Of a DNA stretch of 32,000 bases, positions 1 through 9,573 are shown piece after piece; position 1 is the stretch's first letter; every line of letters starts with the position of its first letter. Made by a program: the position numbers and the translations under genes. The DNA comes from Candidatus Electronema aureum (GTDB taxonomy: Bacteria; Desulfobacterota; Desulfobulbia; Desulfobulbales; Desulfobulbaceae), in contig NQJD01000021.1 of assembly GCA_004284765.1 (NCBI GenBank), forward strand, positions 1-32,000. Direction: 5' to 3'. The notes under the pieces are model-generated. The model was not told the origin of the DNA. It worked only from the letters and a program-made list of their open reading frames with translations, and ran no database searches.

Positions 1-140
1 CATTCGCCCTCTGAAAACTGAGACCAAGTCGGAAGTCAACTTTTTCAATATTATATTGTTTTTAATGGTAAATTCAATGTGTTTTTTAGGGAGCCGTCCG
101 CTTTGCCACTCATGGTTCACCATTACCGCTGCCTTTCTGT

Positions 141-183
141 CAAACAAAAAACAAACGCAGCCCGCATCTGCAATCCGGGCTAC
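141..183 (-). terminator. Rho-independent terminator downstream of the hdrA-like gene
   Basis: On the minus strand, GUAGCCCG-(11 nt loop)-CGGGCUGC forms an 8-bp stem with one G-U pair. It is followed directly by GUUUGUUUUUUGUUUG and starts about 25 nt after the TAA stop at 207-209. Confidence 0.6.
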
Positions 184-206
184 GTTTTTCTTTTTAAGCC
201 GCTCAG

Positions 207-3200
207 TTACGCCGCGACCTCCTCCCCAAAGGCCCTGATCTGGGCCATGATGCCGTCCAAGGTGAAGCGGCCCATGTCAATGGCCATCGTTGGGCAGCGG
301 GCGGCGCACACGCCGCAGCCTTTGCACGAGGCGGTGATGGTGCGCGCTTTGCGCTTCTTGTCGTCCTTATACATCTCAATCGCCTTGTACGGGCAGAAGG
401 TCTCGCAGGCGGCGCAGCCGATGCACTTCTCCGGGTCAATCTTGGAGACGATGGGCGCGGGCGTGACCGAGCCTTTGGCCAACGGATGGCAGGCGCGGCC
501 CGCCGCAGCTTGCGCCTGAGCAATGGTCTCGTCCATGCCGCGCGGCGAATGCGCCAAGCCGCAGACGTAGGTGCCATCAACCGGCAGATCCACCGGCTGC
601 AATTTGACATGCGCCTCCAAGAAGAACTTCTCCGCCGTGACCGGCACCTTCAGCATCTTTGCCAGCGCGGTCGGGTCTTCCGGGACAATCCCGGTGGAGA
701 GCGCGAGCAGGTCGGCGTTCAGCTCCAGCTCCTCGCCAAGCAGCGGATCAAAATAACGCACTGTGACCGCATCGCCGTTCACGCTGACCTCCGGCTTGCG
801 CTCCAAGCTGTAACGGGTGAAAATCACGCCGAGCTGACGCGCCTTGCGGTACTCATCCTCCATGAAACCGTAAGCCCGCATGTCGCGGTAGAGGACGACA
901 ATCTGCATCTCCGGCTGAAGAGCCTTGAGGCGCAGGGCGTTCTTCAATGCTTGGCCGCAGCAGACCCGGCTACAATAGGTCAAGTCCTCATCCCGTGAGC
1001 CGACGCACTGAATCATCACTGCCTGCTTTGCTGCCTTCAAGTCAGCTTGATTTGCAACAAGCCGTTGCTCCAGCTCCATCTGAGTGACGATCTTGGGCGA
1101 GGAGCCGTAACAGTACTGGCTCGGCTGATAGGGATTGCCGCCAGTAGCCAGAATAGTCACGCCATGATGGATGATCTCACTGGCCCCCTTGCTTTCCACA
1201 GTAGTGGTGAAGTTGCCCACATAGCCAGAAATCGCCGTCACTGCGGCCTCGGTAAGAACGGTAATTTTTGGATGAGCGGCAACTCTATCGCTGACTACTT
1301 GCATCGCTTTCCGGGGATCATTGCCGTGCCGGTCAGCAGTGAGGAGCAAGGCCTTGCCGCCGAGTGTCTTTTCCCGCTCGATCAGGGTCACGGCAAAACC
1401 TTGGTCAGCTATCGTTAAGGCTGCGGTCATGCCCGCCAAGCCGCCGCCGATCACCAGAGCCGCAGGCGTAACCGGCAGCTGCATTTCCTCTAACGAGGTC
1501 AGATGACAGGCTTTCGCCACCGCCATCCGTACTGCGTCCTTGGCCTTCGCAGTTGCCCGCTCTGGCTCGTGCATGTGTACCCAGGAACATTGGTCGCGTA
1601 TGTTCGCCATCTCGAAGAGCGAGCGGTTCAGCCCGGCCTCGCGCAAGGTCGCTTGAAAGAGCGGCTCGTGGGTGCGCGGGGTGCAGGCGGCCACGACCAA
1701 GCGGTTGAGCTTATGTTTGTGGATAGCCTCAACCAGCACCTTCTGCGCGTCCTGCGAGCAGGAGTACATATTGTCGGTGGCGTACACGACATTGGGCAGG
1801 GTGCTGGCGTATTCCGCCACTGAAGGCACCTTGACCACGCCGCCGATGTTGATGCCGCAGTGACAGACGAACACGCCGACTCGCGGCTCCTCCGCGCTGA
1901 TGTCGCGCTCGTCCGGGAAGACCGCCTTCACGGTCGCGCTGCCCCGCGCAGGAGCAAGCTGGCCCGCGCAGAGGGCAGCAGCCCCGCCTGCCTGAGTGAC
2001 AGAATCAGGAATATCTTTCGGCCCTTGGAACGCACCGATCACGTACACGCCCGGCCTGCTCGTGGCTAACGGCGTGTATCTGTCCGTGCGGGCGAAGAGG
2101 TATTCGTTCAGATCAATGCCAGCAGCTTGCGCCAGCTTGTCTGCCTCGTCCGGTGCCTCAAGGCCCTGTGAAAGCACGACCAGATCGAACTTCTCGCAGT
2201 GATGCTGGCCGTCCTCGGTTGCCCACGTCAGGAGCAAGCCACCGCCAAAGACATCCTCCACCTTAGGCGGACGGGCGTAGATCACCTGGAACTTGCCTTC
2301 TTCAACCGCTCGTTTACGGGCCGCGTCAAAACCCTTGCCGTGGGTGCGCACATCCATGTAAAAGAGGGTGATTTCGCAGTTCGGGTCGTGCTCACGGGCC
2401 AAGCTGGCCTGTTTGATCGCGTACATGCAGCAGACCGAGGAGCAGTAGTTGTTGCCGCAGGTTTCGTCGCGCGAGCCGATGCACTGGAGGAAGGCGATCT
2501 TCTTTGGGTGCTTATGGTCAGAGATGCGCAGAATTTCGCCGCCGGTCGGGCCAGAGGCGCACATCAGCCGCTCGTGCTCAAAGGCCGTAACCACGTCTTG
2601 GAATTTGCCCAAGCCGTACTTGGCCATGATCTCGTCGCTCACTCGGCCAAAGCCCGGCGCGAGAATCACCGCACCGACCGGAATCTCCAGCATCTTCTCA
2701 GTGTCATCAAAGCGGATCGCCCCAGCTTGGCAGGCTACAGCGCAGAGGCCGCAGGTGTCGTGATTAAGCTTGAGGCAGGCTTTCGCGTCGATATAATAGG
2801 AGGTCGGCACCGCCTGCGAGTAGTCAATATGGGCCGCGTGATTGGTTTCCAGATTCTCGTTGAAGTCGTTGCCGATCTGTTTCAGGCAGTAGATGGTGCA
2901 TTGGCCGCAGCCGGTGCAGACTTCTTCATCGATGTAGCGCGGCTGTTTCCTGATCGTGGCAGTGAAGTTACCCGGCTCGCCTTTCAGCTCAACCAACTCA
3001 GAGAGGGTGAGGATTTCGATGTTCGGATCGCGGCCCGCTTCCACTAACTTGGGCGCGAGAATACAGAGCGAGCAGTCGTTGGTGGGAAAGGTTTTATCCA
3101 AGCGGGCCATGACCCCACCGATAGCCCCGGATTTCTCCACCAGATAGACCTTGTAGCCCAGCTCGGTCAGGTCAAGCGCGGTCTGCACCCCGGCTACGCC

Positions 3201-3263
3201 GCCGCCGATCACCATCACTGCGCCGCTGATCTGAGCGGCGGCGTTTTCTGCAATTGCGTTCAT
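207..3263 (-). CDS. hdrA: HdrA-family FAD/FeS oxidoreductase, tandem (double) HdrA-like architecture
   Basis: 1018-aa ORF with AAGGAG upstream of the ATG. It has two Rossmann motifs (VIGGGVAGV at the N-terminus, VIGGGLAGM mid-protein). It has two HdrA-type Cys clusters (QCIGSRDETCGNNYCSSVCCMYAIK and QCVGSRDEDLTYCSRVCC). The canonical HdrA N-domain motif VGVFVCHCGINIGG..VVAACTPRTHE..FEMANIRDQCSWVH lies mid-protein. There is an inserted ferredoxin (CTGCGQCTIYC..CGLCAVAC) and a C-terminal 2x[4Fe-4S] ferredoxin (CIGCAACETFCP, CKGCGVCAARCP). Confidence 0.9.
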   Translation of the reverse strand: MNAIAENAAAQISGAVMVIGGGVAGVQTALDLTELGYKVYLVEKSGAIGGVMARLDKTFPTNDCSLCILAPKLVEAGRDPNIEILTLSELVELKGEPGNFTATIRKQPRYIDEEVCTGCGQCTIYCLKQIGNDFNENLETNHAAHIDYSQAVPTSYYIDAKACLKLNHDTCGLCAVACQAGAIRFDDTEKMLEIPVGAVILAPGFGRVSDEIMAKYGLGKFQDVVTAFEHERLMCASGPTGGEILRISDHKHPKKIAFLQCIGSRDETCGNNYCSSVCCMYAIKQASLAREHDPNCEITLFYMDVRTHGKGFDAARKRAVEEGKFQVIYARPPKVEDVFGGGLLLTWATEDGQHHCEKFDLVVLSQGLEAPDEADKLAQAAGIDLNEYLFARTDRYTPLATSRPGVYVIGAFQGPKDIPDSVTQAGGAAALCAGQLAPARGSATVKAVFPDERDISAEEPRVGVFVCHCGINIGGVVKVPSVAEYASTLPNVVYATDNMYSCSQDAQKVLVEAIHKHKLNRLVVAACTPRTHEPLFQATLREAGLNRSLFEMANIRDQCSWVHMHEPERATAKAKDAVRMAVAKACHLTSLEEMQLPVTPAALVIGGGLAGMTAALTIADQGFAVTLIEREKTLGGKALLLTADRHGNDPRKAMQVVSDRVAAHPKITVLTEAAVTAISGYVGNFTTTVESKGASEIIHHGVTILATGGNPYQPSQYCYGSSPKIVTQMELEQRLVANQADLKAAKQAVMIQCVGSRDEDLTYCSRVCCGQALKNALRLKALQPEMQIVVLYRDMRAYGFMEDEYRKARQLGVIFTRYSLERKPEVSVNGDAVTVRYFDPLLGEELELNADLLALSTGIVPEDPTALAKMLKVPVTAEKFFLEAHVKLQPVDLPVDGTYVCGLAHSPRGMDETIAQAQAAAGRACHPLAKGSVTPAPIVSKIDPEKCIGCAACETFCPYKAIEMYKDDKKRKARTITASCKGCGVCAARCPTMAIDMGRFTLDGIMAQIRAFGEEVAA

Positions 3264-3779
3264 GAATAGCTCCTTCTTTACTACAAAGTTTTCAAAAACC
3301 GTCCAAAGCGCAAGAATGCTCAGAACGGAACCTTAATTTTAACAAGAAAGAACGAAGGAGGCGCAGAGCGGTTGATTTCGCTCCCGTCTGGCAGAGTAAG
3401 GAGGGCAGAGCTTAGGCTCTGATTCAACCCGCATCGCACTAAAACGCCGTGAGTTTTCGCTCAGATGCACAAAGGCGGAGAGGTGTCCTCCGCATCAGCT
3501 CCCTGATGGGTAACGATGGAATTTAACATGTGAATACTGCCATATTATGGCTGAAATTGCAAAGGGAAAATGGTAGGAAGGATGTTTTGGGGCAGGATGC
3601 TGATACAGCGGAAGTATGGTACTCTTGGGCATTTTTTAAAGCCCACAGAACGGTTATAGGTGGAGTGCGCTTGTCTTGTTATGAAGTCGCTGATCCTGTA
3701 AAAGTTGCTTGCGGATGATTTGTACGAGAGGTCTATTATCAGCAGCAACAAATGGTTGCTATGAACTGGAGGGGCTGAA

Positions 3780-5054
3780 ATGAACAAAAGGAATCAAAAC
3801 GATGAGACTGGTTGCGCCAAATGCGGGGCTTGTATGACGGTTTGTCCTGTTTTTCGCACGGAAGGCCGCGAGTCGCTCACTGCCAGAGGCCGGATGCACC
3901 TACTGGCCACAGCCACAAGTACCAACTCGATTTCTATTGTCTTTGCGGACGTGTTTTCTCGCTGCCTGCTTTGCGGGGCCTGTGAACAGGTCTGCCCGCG
4001 CAACCTGCCGATTACCCAGCTTATCGCTGAGACCCGCAGCCGTTTCTCTCTGTTTGATGGCCCTGCCAGTCTGCACAAGGCAGCGGTCTGTACGGTGCTG
4101 GGGAATCCAGTCTTGTTCGAGGGCTTGGTGAGAGCGGGGATCAGTCTGAAGCGCGTTCTTGCTCTGCCTGCCGATTCTGGCCTACGGTTGCGACTTAACC
4201 TACTGGAAGAGCGTCAGTCTAACGCAACGGTGGAAAAGACAGAAAAGACAACAACGGGCGGCGATGTCAGTTATTTCACAGGCTGCTTTGCCCGTCATCT
4301 CCAGCCTTCTATTGCGGTGGCGACAAAGAACCTGTTACGCCGCTGCAACCTCAGCACACAGATTCCTGCTGATCAATGTTGCTGCGGTCTGGCTGCTTGG
4401 AGTTCTGGCCGTATAGAGCAAGCCCGTGATTTGGCGCAACGGAATATCGAGGCCTTTGCTGAAACAGATGGGCCGATCATCACCTCGTGCGCTTCCTGCT
4501 CGACGCATCTGCTCGCGTATCCAACTTTATTTGCTGAGAATGATCTGTGGCACAAAAAAGCACAGGTATTCTCCAGTCGTATCCAAGAATTTACAGCATT
4601 TTTCAAAGAATATCTGCCGCCACAAATCAATAACGGTCTGCGAGTTTTTTATCACGATCCTTGCCATCTTCGTTTTCAGAAAAACGGTAAAGAAAACCCG
4701 CGTGTGCTGCTTAAAAAAATGGGATATATAATTTTGGAGCCAGATGATGGCCCCCGGTGTTGCGGCCAAGGCGGGCTATTTCATCTTGCCTGCCCGGAAA
4801 CTGCGGCGAAAATCTTTAAGATAAGCAGTGCGCAAGCACTTACTGCTGATCCTGATTGCATTATCTCCACCTGTTCCGGCTGCCTCATGCAATATCAGCA
4901 AGGGATAGCCGGTCAGGGGAAAAAAATCAGGGTTGCACATCTGGCAGTTCTCTTGGAGGAGGCATGTGGAGGGAAAAATGCACTTAAACTGCCTGATGGT
5001 AAAATCTGCAACCCAACACCACAATTGCAACTCCTGTGCCAAAAATTCAAATAG
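3780..5054 (+). CDS. HdrD/GlcF-like (Fe-S)-binding oxidoreductase with two CCG domains
   Basis: 424-aa ORF. Two ferredoxin motifs (CAKCGACMTVCP, CLLCGACEQVCP) are followed by two cysteine-rich CCG-type segments (YFTGCF...QCCCGLA and YHDPCH...PRCCGQGG...CSGC). Confidence 0.8.
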   Translation: MNKRNQNDETGCAKCGACMTVCPVFRTEGRESLTARGRMHLLATATSTNSISIVFADVFSRCLLCGACEQVCPRNLPITQLIAETRSRFSLFDGPASLHKAAVCTVLGNPVLFEGLVRAGISLKRVLALPADSGLRLRLNLLEERQSNATVEKTEKTTTGGDVSYFTGCFARHLQPSIAVATKNLLRRCNLSTQIPADQCCCGLAAWSSGRIEQARDLAQRNIEAFAETDGPIITSCASCSTHLLAYPTLFAENDLWHKKAQVFSSRIQEFTAFFKEYLPPQINNGLRVFYHDPCHLRFQKNGKENPRVLLKKMGYIILEPDDGPRCCGQGGLFHLACPETAAKIFKISSAQALTADPDCIISTCSGCLMQYQQGIAGQGKKIRVAHLAVLLEEACGGKNALKLPDGKICNPTPQLQLLCQKFK

Positions 5055-5104
5055 CGATTGAGTTTTAAACTTTATCGTTAAAATACGAGATAATAACTGA
5101 GCTA

Positions 5105-5125
5105 TTCACAGTATTTTACTGTGAA
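5105..5125. repeat. Perfect 9-bp inverted repeat (TTCACAGTA-TTT-TACTGTGAA) between convergent genes
   Basis: Read directly from the sequence. It sits in the 153-bp gap between the convergent 3780..5054 (+) and 5208..6059 (-) genes. There is no flanking T-tract, so terminator function is uncertain. Confidence 0.4.
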
Positions 5126-5207
5126 ATGAGAATGGTTGCTATTACGATTTATATGCGTATTTTTTACGCAGCTCGTCGCCATGACTGGATACTTTCTACT
5201 CAACCAT

Positions 5208-6059
5208 CTAACAAATTATTCTATCTGCCAGCTGCTCACCGGGCGTAATGATCGCGTTTTTCCACACTACACAGCGGTTCAGCTGCGCTCCGCTGCCGAT
5301 CACCGCGCTGGATTCAACCGCACCCCAGCCGCTCAATTCGACGCCTTCTCCTACTTCAACTTGTTTACTTATTACCCAAGCAGGTGTTTTATCTTCCAAG
5401 AGGCGGCGATGCACGTCGAGATAATCCGCCGGAGTACCGATGTCCTGCCAAAAGCTGCCGTCAACGCGGACAAAGCCTATTTGTCCGGCCTGAGCTAACT
5501 GTTCGTAGAGGTCGATGATATGGAAAAAGCCATCCGCTGGAATTTGTTCGATCACCTCTCGGTTCAGGACATGAATACCAGTAAAGGCCAGTAAGGATTC
5601 ATCGGCCTCAACCTTGCCGAAGCCGCAAACCCGGTTGTTGCGCACCCTCACGGTGTTGAAACGAGGATAATTATGCAAGGCCATTGTAACCGCAGAGCTA
5701 CCCGCAACATGGGCCTCTAACAGGTGGCAGAGGTCAATCTCATGGTAAATATCGCCGTTCATCACTAAGACTGGCCCGTCCGTAAAATGTTCTAACGCCT
5801 GCCGCAGACTGCCGCCGGTGCCGAGGATTTCTGGCTCATGTTGAAGGATTACCCCCGGTCTATCTGTTACCGCAGCGGCAATTTGATCTGCAAGATAATG
5901 ACTGTTGACCACGATCTTTTGGCAACCCACAGCCGCCAGCTTTTCTAATAGGATATGCAGCAGCGGCACATTGCAGATTGGAAAGAGCGGTTTGGGTCGG
6001 ACAAGTGTGTAAGGACGCAACCGGGTGCCGAATCCAGCTGCTAAAAGCATAGCCTGCAT
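5208..6059 (-). CDS. NDP-sugar pyrophosphorylase / nucleotidyltransferase family protein
   Basis: The N-terminal signature MLLAAGFGTRLRPYT..PKPL is the G-x-G-T-R-L motif of sugar-1-phosphate nucleotidylyltransferases. GTGGSL and GD motifs follow. The start was moved from the ORF-track Met (6188) to the Met at 6059, which directly precedes the conserved motif. Confidence 0.75.
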   Translation of the reverse strand: MQAMLLAAGFGTRLRPYTLVRPKPLFPICNVPLLHILLEKLAAVGCQKIVVNSHYLADQIAAAVTDRPGVILQHEPEILGTGGSLRQALEHFTDGPVLVMNGDIYHEIDLCHLLEAHVAGSSAVTMALHNYPRFNTVRVRNNRVCGFGKVEADESLLAFTGIHVLNREVIEQIPADGFFHIIDLYEQLAQAGQIGFVRVDGSFWQDIGTPADYLDVHRRLLEDKTPAWVISKQVEVGEGVELSGWGAVESSAVIGSGAQLNRCVVWKNAIITPGEQLADRIIC

Positions 6060-6208
6060 GATTTGGGATGGTATTTTTGGAAGAGAATGAGCTACAAGAT
6101 TTTCACTTTTCCCAGCTGCGGATATGGGGTACAAAGCAGAATGTGCGCTGGGTGAATCGGTGACAGCAAAATAAATTTCGGAGAACAACAGAATTTTTTG
6201 AGAACATT

Positions 6209-6967
6209 ATGGCAGGCATAAAGAAAAATCCGCTTTCTTATAACGAACGGGATTACCGCAGCAGACAAAATTCCGGGCTGATCGCATCGACAGTCAAAAT
6301 AGCGGAAACAGATTTACACATCCTCACTTCACAGCCAGTCAGCGATCATGCTCTCCTTTCAGTGATCAAGGTTCGAGCAGAAATTGAAAAGTACATTCAC
6401 CAGCATCCGCTTTTCTTAACCAGCTTAGTGCCTTTGCCGTTCGACAGCAGTGCGCCGGAGTCGGTGCAAGCAATGCTGGCAGCTGCGCTGCGGGTTGGAG
6501 TCGGGCCGATGGCAGCTGTGGCCGGAGTGATTGCCGAACACGTCGGGCGGATGCTCCTTGCTCAAGGCATTGACGAGGTGATCGTGGAAAACGGCGGTGA
6601 TCTTTTTGTGGCCCGCCGCCAGTCGAGCGTCGTGGCGATTTACGCTGGAGAATCACGCCTAAGCGGTAAATTAGGCATCAGCTTACGGCCTGAGCAAATG
6701 CCTTGCGGTCTATGTTGCTCCTCTGGCACGGTCGGTCATTCCCTCAGCTTTGGCGTTGCGGATGCCGCCGCTGTCCTCGCTCCCTCAGCCGCGTTAGCCG
6801 ATACAGCGGCCACCCGCCTCGGCAATGAGGTTGTTAGCAGGGACAGTAAAAGCGTCAACCGAGCTGTTGAATTGGCCAAAACTATCGAAGGTATCACCGG
6901 GGTAGTGATCATTGCAGGTGATCATCTTGGTGCATGGGGAGATATTGAGCTAAATCCGCTTGCATAA
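6209..6967 (+). CDS. UPF0280 / ApbE-like family protein
   Basis: 252-aa ORF. The motifs ETDLHIL, GPMAAVAGVIAEHVG and VENGGDLF resemble the UPF0280 (ApbE-related) family as recalled. No search was run. Confidence 0.55.
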   Translation: MAGIKKNPLSYNERDYRSRQNSGLIASTVKIAETDLHILTSQPVSDHALLSVIKVRAEIEKYIHQHPLFLTSLVPLPFDSSAPESVQAMLAAALRVGVGPMAAVAGVIAEHVGRMLLAQGIDEVIVENGGDLFVARRQSSVVAIYAGESRLSGKLGISLRPEQMPCGLCCSSGTVGHSLSFGVADAAAVLAPSAALADTAATRLGNEVVSRDSKSVNRAVELAKTIEGITGVVIIAGDHLGAWGDIELNPLA

Positions 6968-6994
6968 TGACATCATCAACATACACCAATAGTT

Positions 6995-7561
6995 TTACAT
7001 TACCGCATGAACCCGACCACCAAAATCGTAATCCTTGGTAGAGATATCGTAGTCCATATTACCTGCCTTCAGATTTAACTTTTTGCCGGTGATCTGCACT
7101 GCTTCCGGGCTAACTAATTTTTTAATGCCGTCGTAGTAATGCAACAGCTCTGTATGCAGTGATTCCTGCTGTACCGGTTTAGTTAATACAACATCTTCAG
7201 TCAGAGTGAGATGCTGTGTATCCATCTGGTATTTACCTGTTTTGCTGGTGACAATGAGAGGATCGTCATCTTTTTTGCTGTACACTGCATCTACCACCAT
7301 CATATCAATCTCGCGGTCTGTTTTGCCAGTGCGAGCCTGTTTTGCCTTCACTGTCCACGTCAGCTGGCCCTTAGTGCTGAAGGTGAGGACAACATCTTCC
7401 ATGACAAAATCTTGCGATGCTTGTGTGTAGGCGTGCTCTGCTGCTGCATCATAGCCACCGCGAGGCTTGAGGAATTCTGCTGCCAAACCCTGCCAGAGCG
7501 GACTGCTAAGAATCAGACCGAGCGGAACCGCCCAGAGCAGATTGCGGAAGCTCCAGTTCAT
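6995..7561 (-). CDS. lptC: LPS export periplasmic/anchor protein LptC-like
   Basis: Starts at [20 protein letters not shown], a single N-terminal TM segment, followed by a beta-rich soluble domain. Its ATG overlaps the kdsC stop (ATGA at 7558-7561). Its position right after kdsC matches the conserved kdsC-lptC arrangement. The longer ORF-track start (7759) would overlap kdsC by 200 nt. Confidence 0.6.
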   Translation of the reverse strand: MNWSFRNLLWAVPLGLILSSPLWQGLAAEFLKPRGGYDAAAEHAYTQASQDFVMEDVVLTFSTKGQLTWTVKAKQARTGKTDREIDMMVVDAVYSKKDDDPLIVTSKTGKYQMDTQHLTLTEDVVLTKPVQQESLHTELLHYYDGIKKLVSPEAVQITGKKLNLKAGNMDYDISTKDYDFGGRVHAVM

Positions 7562-8193
7562 GGTCGGCCTTGACTGTAGCGGGTGAAAATGGCCGTTAGT
7601 AGCCCTTTGGCCTCCAAGATCAGCTCGCAAACCTCCCGCACCGCGCCACTGCCACCGCTGCGTTCGGTGAGATAATCCGCCCGCTGCCGCACCTCGGCCA
7701 CAGCATTGGCCGGAGCAAAGGCGCAGCCAACCTTGGCCATTACCGGTAGATCGAGCCAATCGTCACCCATGTAGGCGGTTTGCTCTGGCAGCAGATCGGT
7801 TTGCGCCAAAATTTCGGCGTAGGCAGCGGCCTTGTCTGAGCAACCTGCGTAAATGTGCTTCAGCTTCAAATCGTTAGCCCGCTTATTTACCGCTTCTGAG
7901 CTACGGGCAGTGATCAATCCAACCGCAATGCCTGCCTCCTGCAAAATGCGCAGGCCAAAGCCGTCTTGGGTGTTGAAGCCTTTAATTTCCCCAACTTCAG
8001 CGGTGTAAAAAACCGTGCCATCGGTCAGCACACCATCAACATCTAAAAGCAGCAGATCAATTTTTTTTGCTTTGACCAGAGTGGATTTCCACGCTGCGCT
8101 GCGCACAATCGGTTGCTTGCGCTCTGCTGCTCGTTCGCGCAAAGCCTGGGTCAGACCGCAGTCGGAGTACCCTGTGCTGCACTTGTTATTCAT
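7558..8193 (-). CDS. kdsC: 3-deoxy-D-manno-octulosonate 8-phosphate phosphatase (HAD family)
   Basis: HAD motif [15 protein letters not shown], then GFNTQDG, ITARSS, and [10 protein letters not shown] (motif IV). It overlaps the kdsA stop by 8 nt. It has a roughly 30-aa N-terminal extension compared with typical KdsC. Confidence 0.85.
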   Translation of the reverse strand: MNNKCSTGYSDCGLTQALRERAAERKQPIVRSAAWKSTLVKAKKIDLLLLDVDGVLTDGTVFYTAEVGEIKGFNTQDGFGLRILQEAGIAVGLITARSSEAVNKRANDLKLKHIYAGCSDKAAAYAEILAQTDLLPEQTAYMGDDWLDLPVMAKVGCAFAPANAVAEVRQRADYLTERSGGSGAVREVCELILEAKGLLTAIFTRYSQGRP

Positions 8194-9034
8194 TGGTGAA
8201 CCTGCTCACTGCCTTGCGGATTTCAAGCAGCTGCCGGAGCAGTGGCTCGACCTTATCCAAAGGAATGCTGTTCGGCCCGTCACAGAGAGCCTTGTCTGGG
8301 TCAGGATGCACTTCCATGAACAGGCCGTCGATTCCTGCGGCCATTGCTGCTCTGGTCAGGGTGGGGATGAACTTGCGCTGGCCGCCTGAGCTGCCGCCCA
8401 TGCCACCGGGCAGCTGAACCGAATGGGTCGCGTCAAAAATCACCGGACAGCCAAAGGAGCGCATCACCGGCAGGGAACGCATATCAACTACCAAATTGTT
8501 GTAGCCAAAACAGGCCCCGCGCTCGGTGAGTAAGATGCGTTCGCCGCCTGCTGCCCGCACTTTTTCCACCGCGTGTTTCATGTCCCAAGGCGAAAGAAAT
8601 TGGCCTTTTTTCAGATTGACCACTCGGCCTGATTTGGCGGCTGCCACCAGCAGATCGGTTTGGCGGCAGAGAAAGGCGGGAATTTGGATAATATCTAAAC
8701 ATTCCATCGCCAAATCAATCTGGTTGGTCTCATGGACATCGGAAACCACCGGCACTCCGATTTCTTGCCGAATCCGGCAAAGCTGGCGCAGACCTTTTTT
8801 CAGGCCAGGGCCACGGAAGGAGTTGAGCGAGGTGCGGTTGGCCTTATCAAAAGAGGCCTTGAAGACGTAAGCTATTTCTAATCGTTCACAAATTGCCTTC
8901 ATTTCCCAAGCAATCTTCCAGCACAGATCACTATCCTCCAGCGCACAAGGGCCAGCCATCAGCAGCAGTGGTTGGCTTGGACCGATCTGAATGGCTTTAC
9001 CGCCCGGCAGAGCGGTCATTTCAATATTTTTCAT
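8186..9034 (-). CDS. kdsA: 2-dehydro-3-deoxyphosphooctonate aldolase (KDO-8-P synthase)
   Basis: Strong similarity to E. coli KdsA motifs: [72 protein letters not shown]. The start was set at the internal Met (MKNIEM...) at 9034. The ORF-track start at 9130 adds 32 non-conserved residues. Confidence 0.9.
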   Translation of the reverse strand: MKNIEMTALPGGKAIQIGPSQPLLLMAGPCALEDSDLCWKIAWEMKAICERLEIAYVFKASFDKANRTSLNSFRGPGLKKGLRQLCRIRQEIGVPVVSDVHETNQIDLAMECLDIIQIPAFLCRQTDLLVAAAKSGRVVNLKKGQFLSPWDMKHAVEKVRAAGGERILLTERGACFGYNNLVVDMRSLPVMRSFGCPVIFDATHSVQLPGGMGGSSGGQRKFIPTLTRAAMAAGIDGLFMEVHPDPDKALCDGPNSIPLDKVEPLLRQLLEIRKAVSRFTNE

Positions 9035-9175
9035 GAAGCGCAGTGAAGATGTAAAAGGAAAGGACGCTGCTCCGGCAGGCCGGTCAGTCGAGATGCGTAA
9101 TACTATACAGCCTTTACTGAGCGCAGGCAAGCGCAGGAGAGACCAAAAAACGGAGACGGCTTTTGATCCTCCTCC

Positions 9176-9540
9176 ATGAGGTCACCTCCGCCTGTATTCG
9201 TCGTAAGCTTTATGAAATCGGAACAATTTCACCTGCCCAACAAAAAGGAGCTTCAAACCAGCAGCAGTATATCCGAATTTGAAATTGTCCTCGTCGATGC
9301 GACCGAGCAACCGGTTGAACGCCCTCAAAAAAACAGCGGCAGCATTACAGCGGCAAAAAAAGTGCCACACGCAGCGAGCGCAGATGATTGCTGATATGAC
9401 TACGAAAATGATTTTTTCCATCGCTTTTTGCCTCGGCAGCAAACACGATTTTCCGCAAACTTGAAGTGTTCCGCATTTTCAGCGAACAATCAGGAGAAAG
9501 CGTTTCGGTCTCCGCTTCAGCTTGATCGCCGCCATCTTCT
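9176..9540 (+). pseudogene. Degenerate IS5/IS1182-type (DDE_Tnp_4-like) transposase fragment
   Basis: Frame 1 reads ..EFEIVLVDATEQPVERPQKN...AAKK. A shifted frame continues QKKCHTQRAQMIADMTTKMIFSIAFCLGSKHDF. Together these match the conserved block (I)DATEQPIERPKK..YYSGKKKRHTLK.Q...D....I......G..HDF of this transposase family. The fragment is broken by at least one frameshift and several stops, and only about one third of a transposase is present. Confidence 0.55.
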
Positions 9541-9573
9541 ATAACATGGGGCTAAAAAATGCGGGCGAATGAC

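Noticed and set aside
1-140. Possible start of a leftward (minus-strand) gene at the window edge (CAT at 1-3, with an AGAGGG-like motif just upstream on the minus strand)
   Set aside because: Only the putative start codon lies inside the window, so nothing can be verified.
2199-3047. 282-aa ORF on the + strand, plus many shorter ORFs between 79 and 3147, antisense to the hdrA-like gene
   Set aside because: They lie entirely inside a strongly supported minus-strand gene. Their products are Arg/Ala/Gly-rich low-complexity text typical of stop-poor antisense frames in GC-rich DNA. No RBS or recognisable motifs.
3617-3631. Sigma-54-like TGGTACTCTTGGGCA upstream of the HdrD-like gene
   Set aside because: The GG-to-GC spacing is one nt too short (GG-N9-GC instead of GG-N10-GC) and the -24 box is TGGTAC. 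Sigma-54 promoters rarely tolerate spacing changes.
3530-3787. Small ORFs (62 aa on +, 80 aa on -) in the hdrA/hdrD-like intergenic region
   Set aside because: No convincing RBS, no recognisable motifs, and they are mutually overlapping. More likely regulatory or non-coding DNA.
7562-7759. The ORF-track start of the lptC-like ORF at 7759, giving a 254-aa version
   Set aside because: The extra 66 residues overlap kdsC in another frame and are Gly/Arg/Trp-rich nonsense. The internal Met at 7561 gives a TM-anchored protein and an ATGA junction with kdsC.
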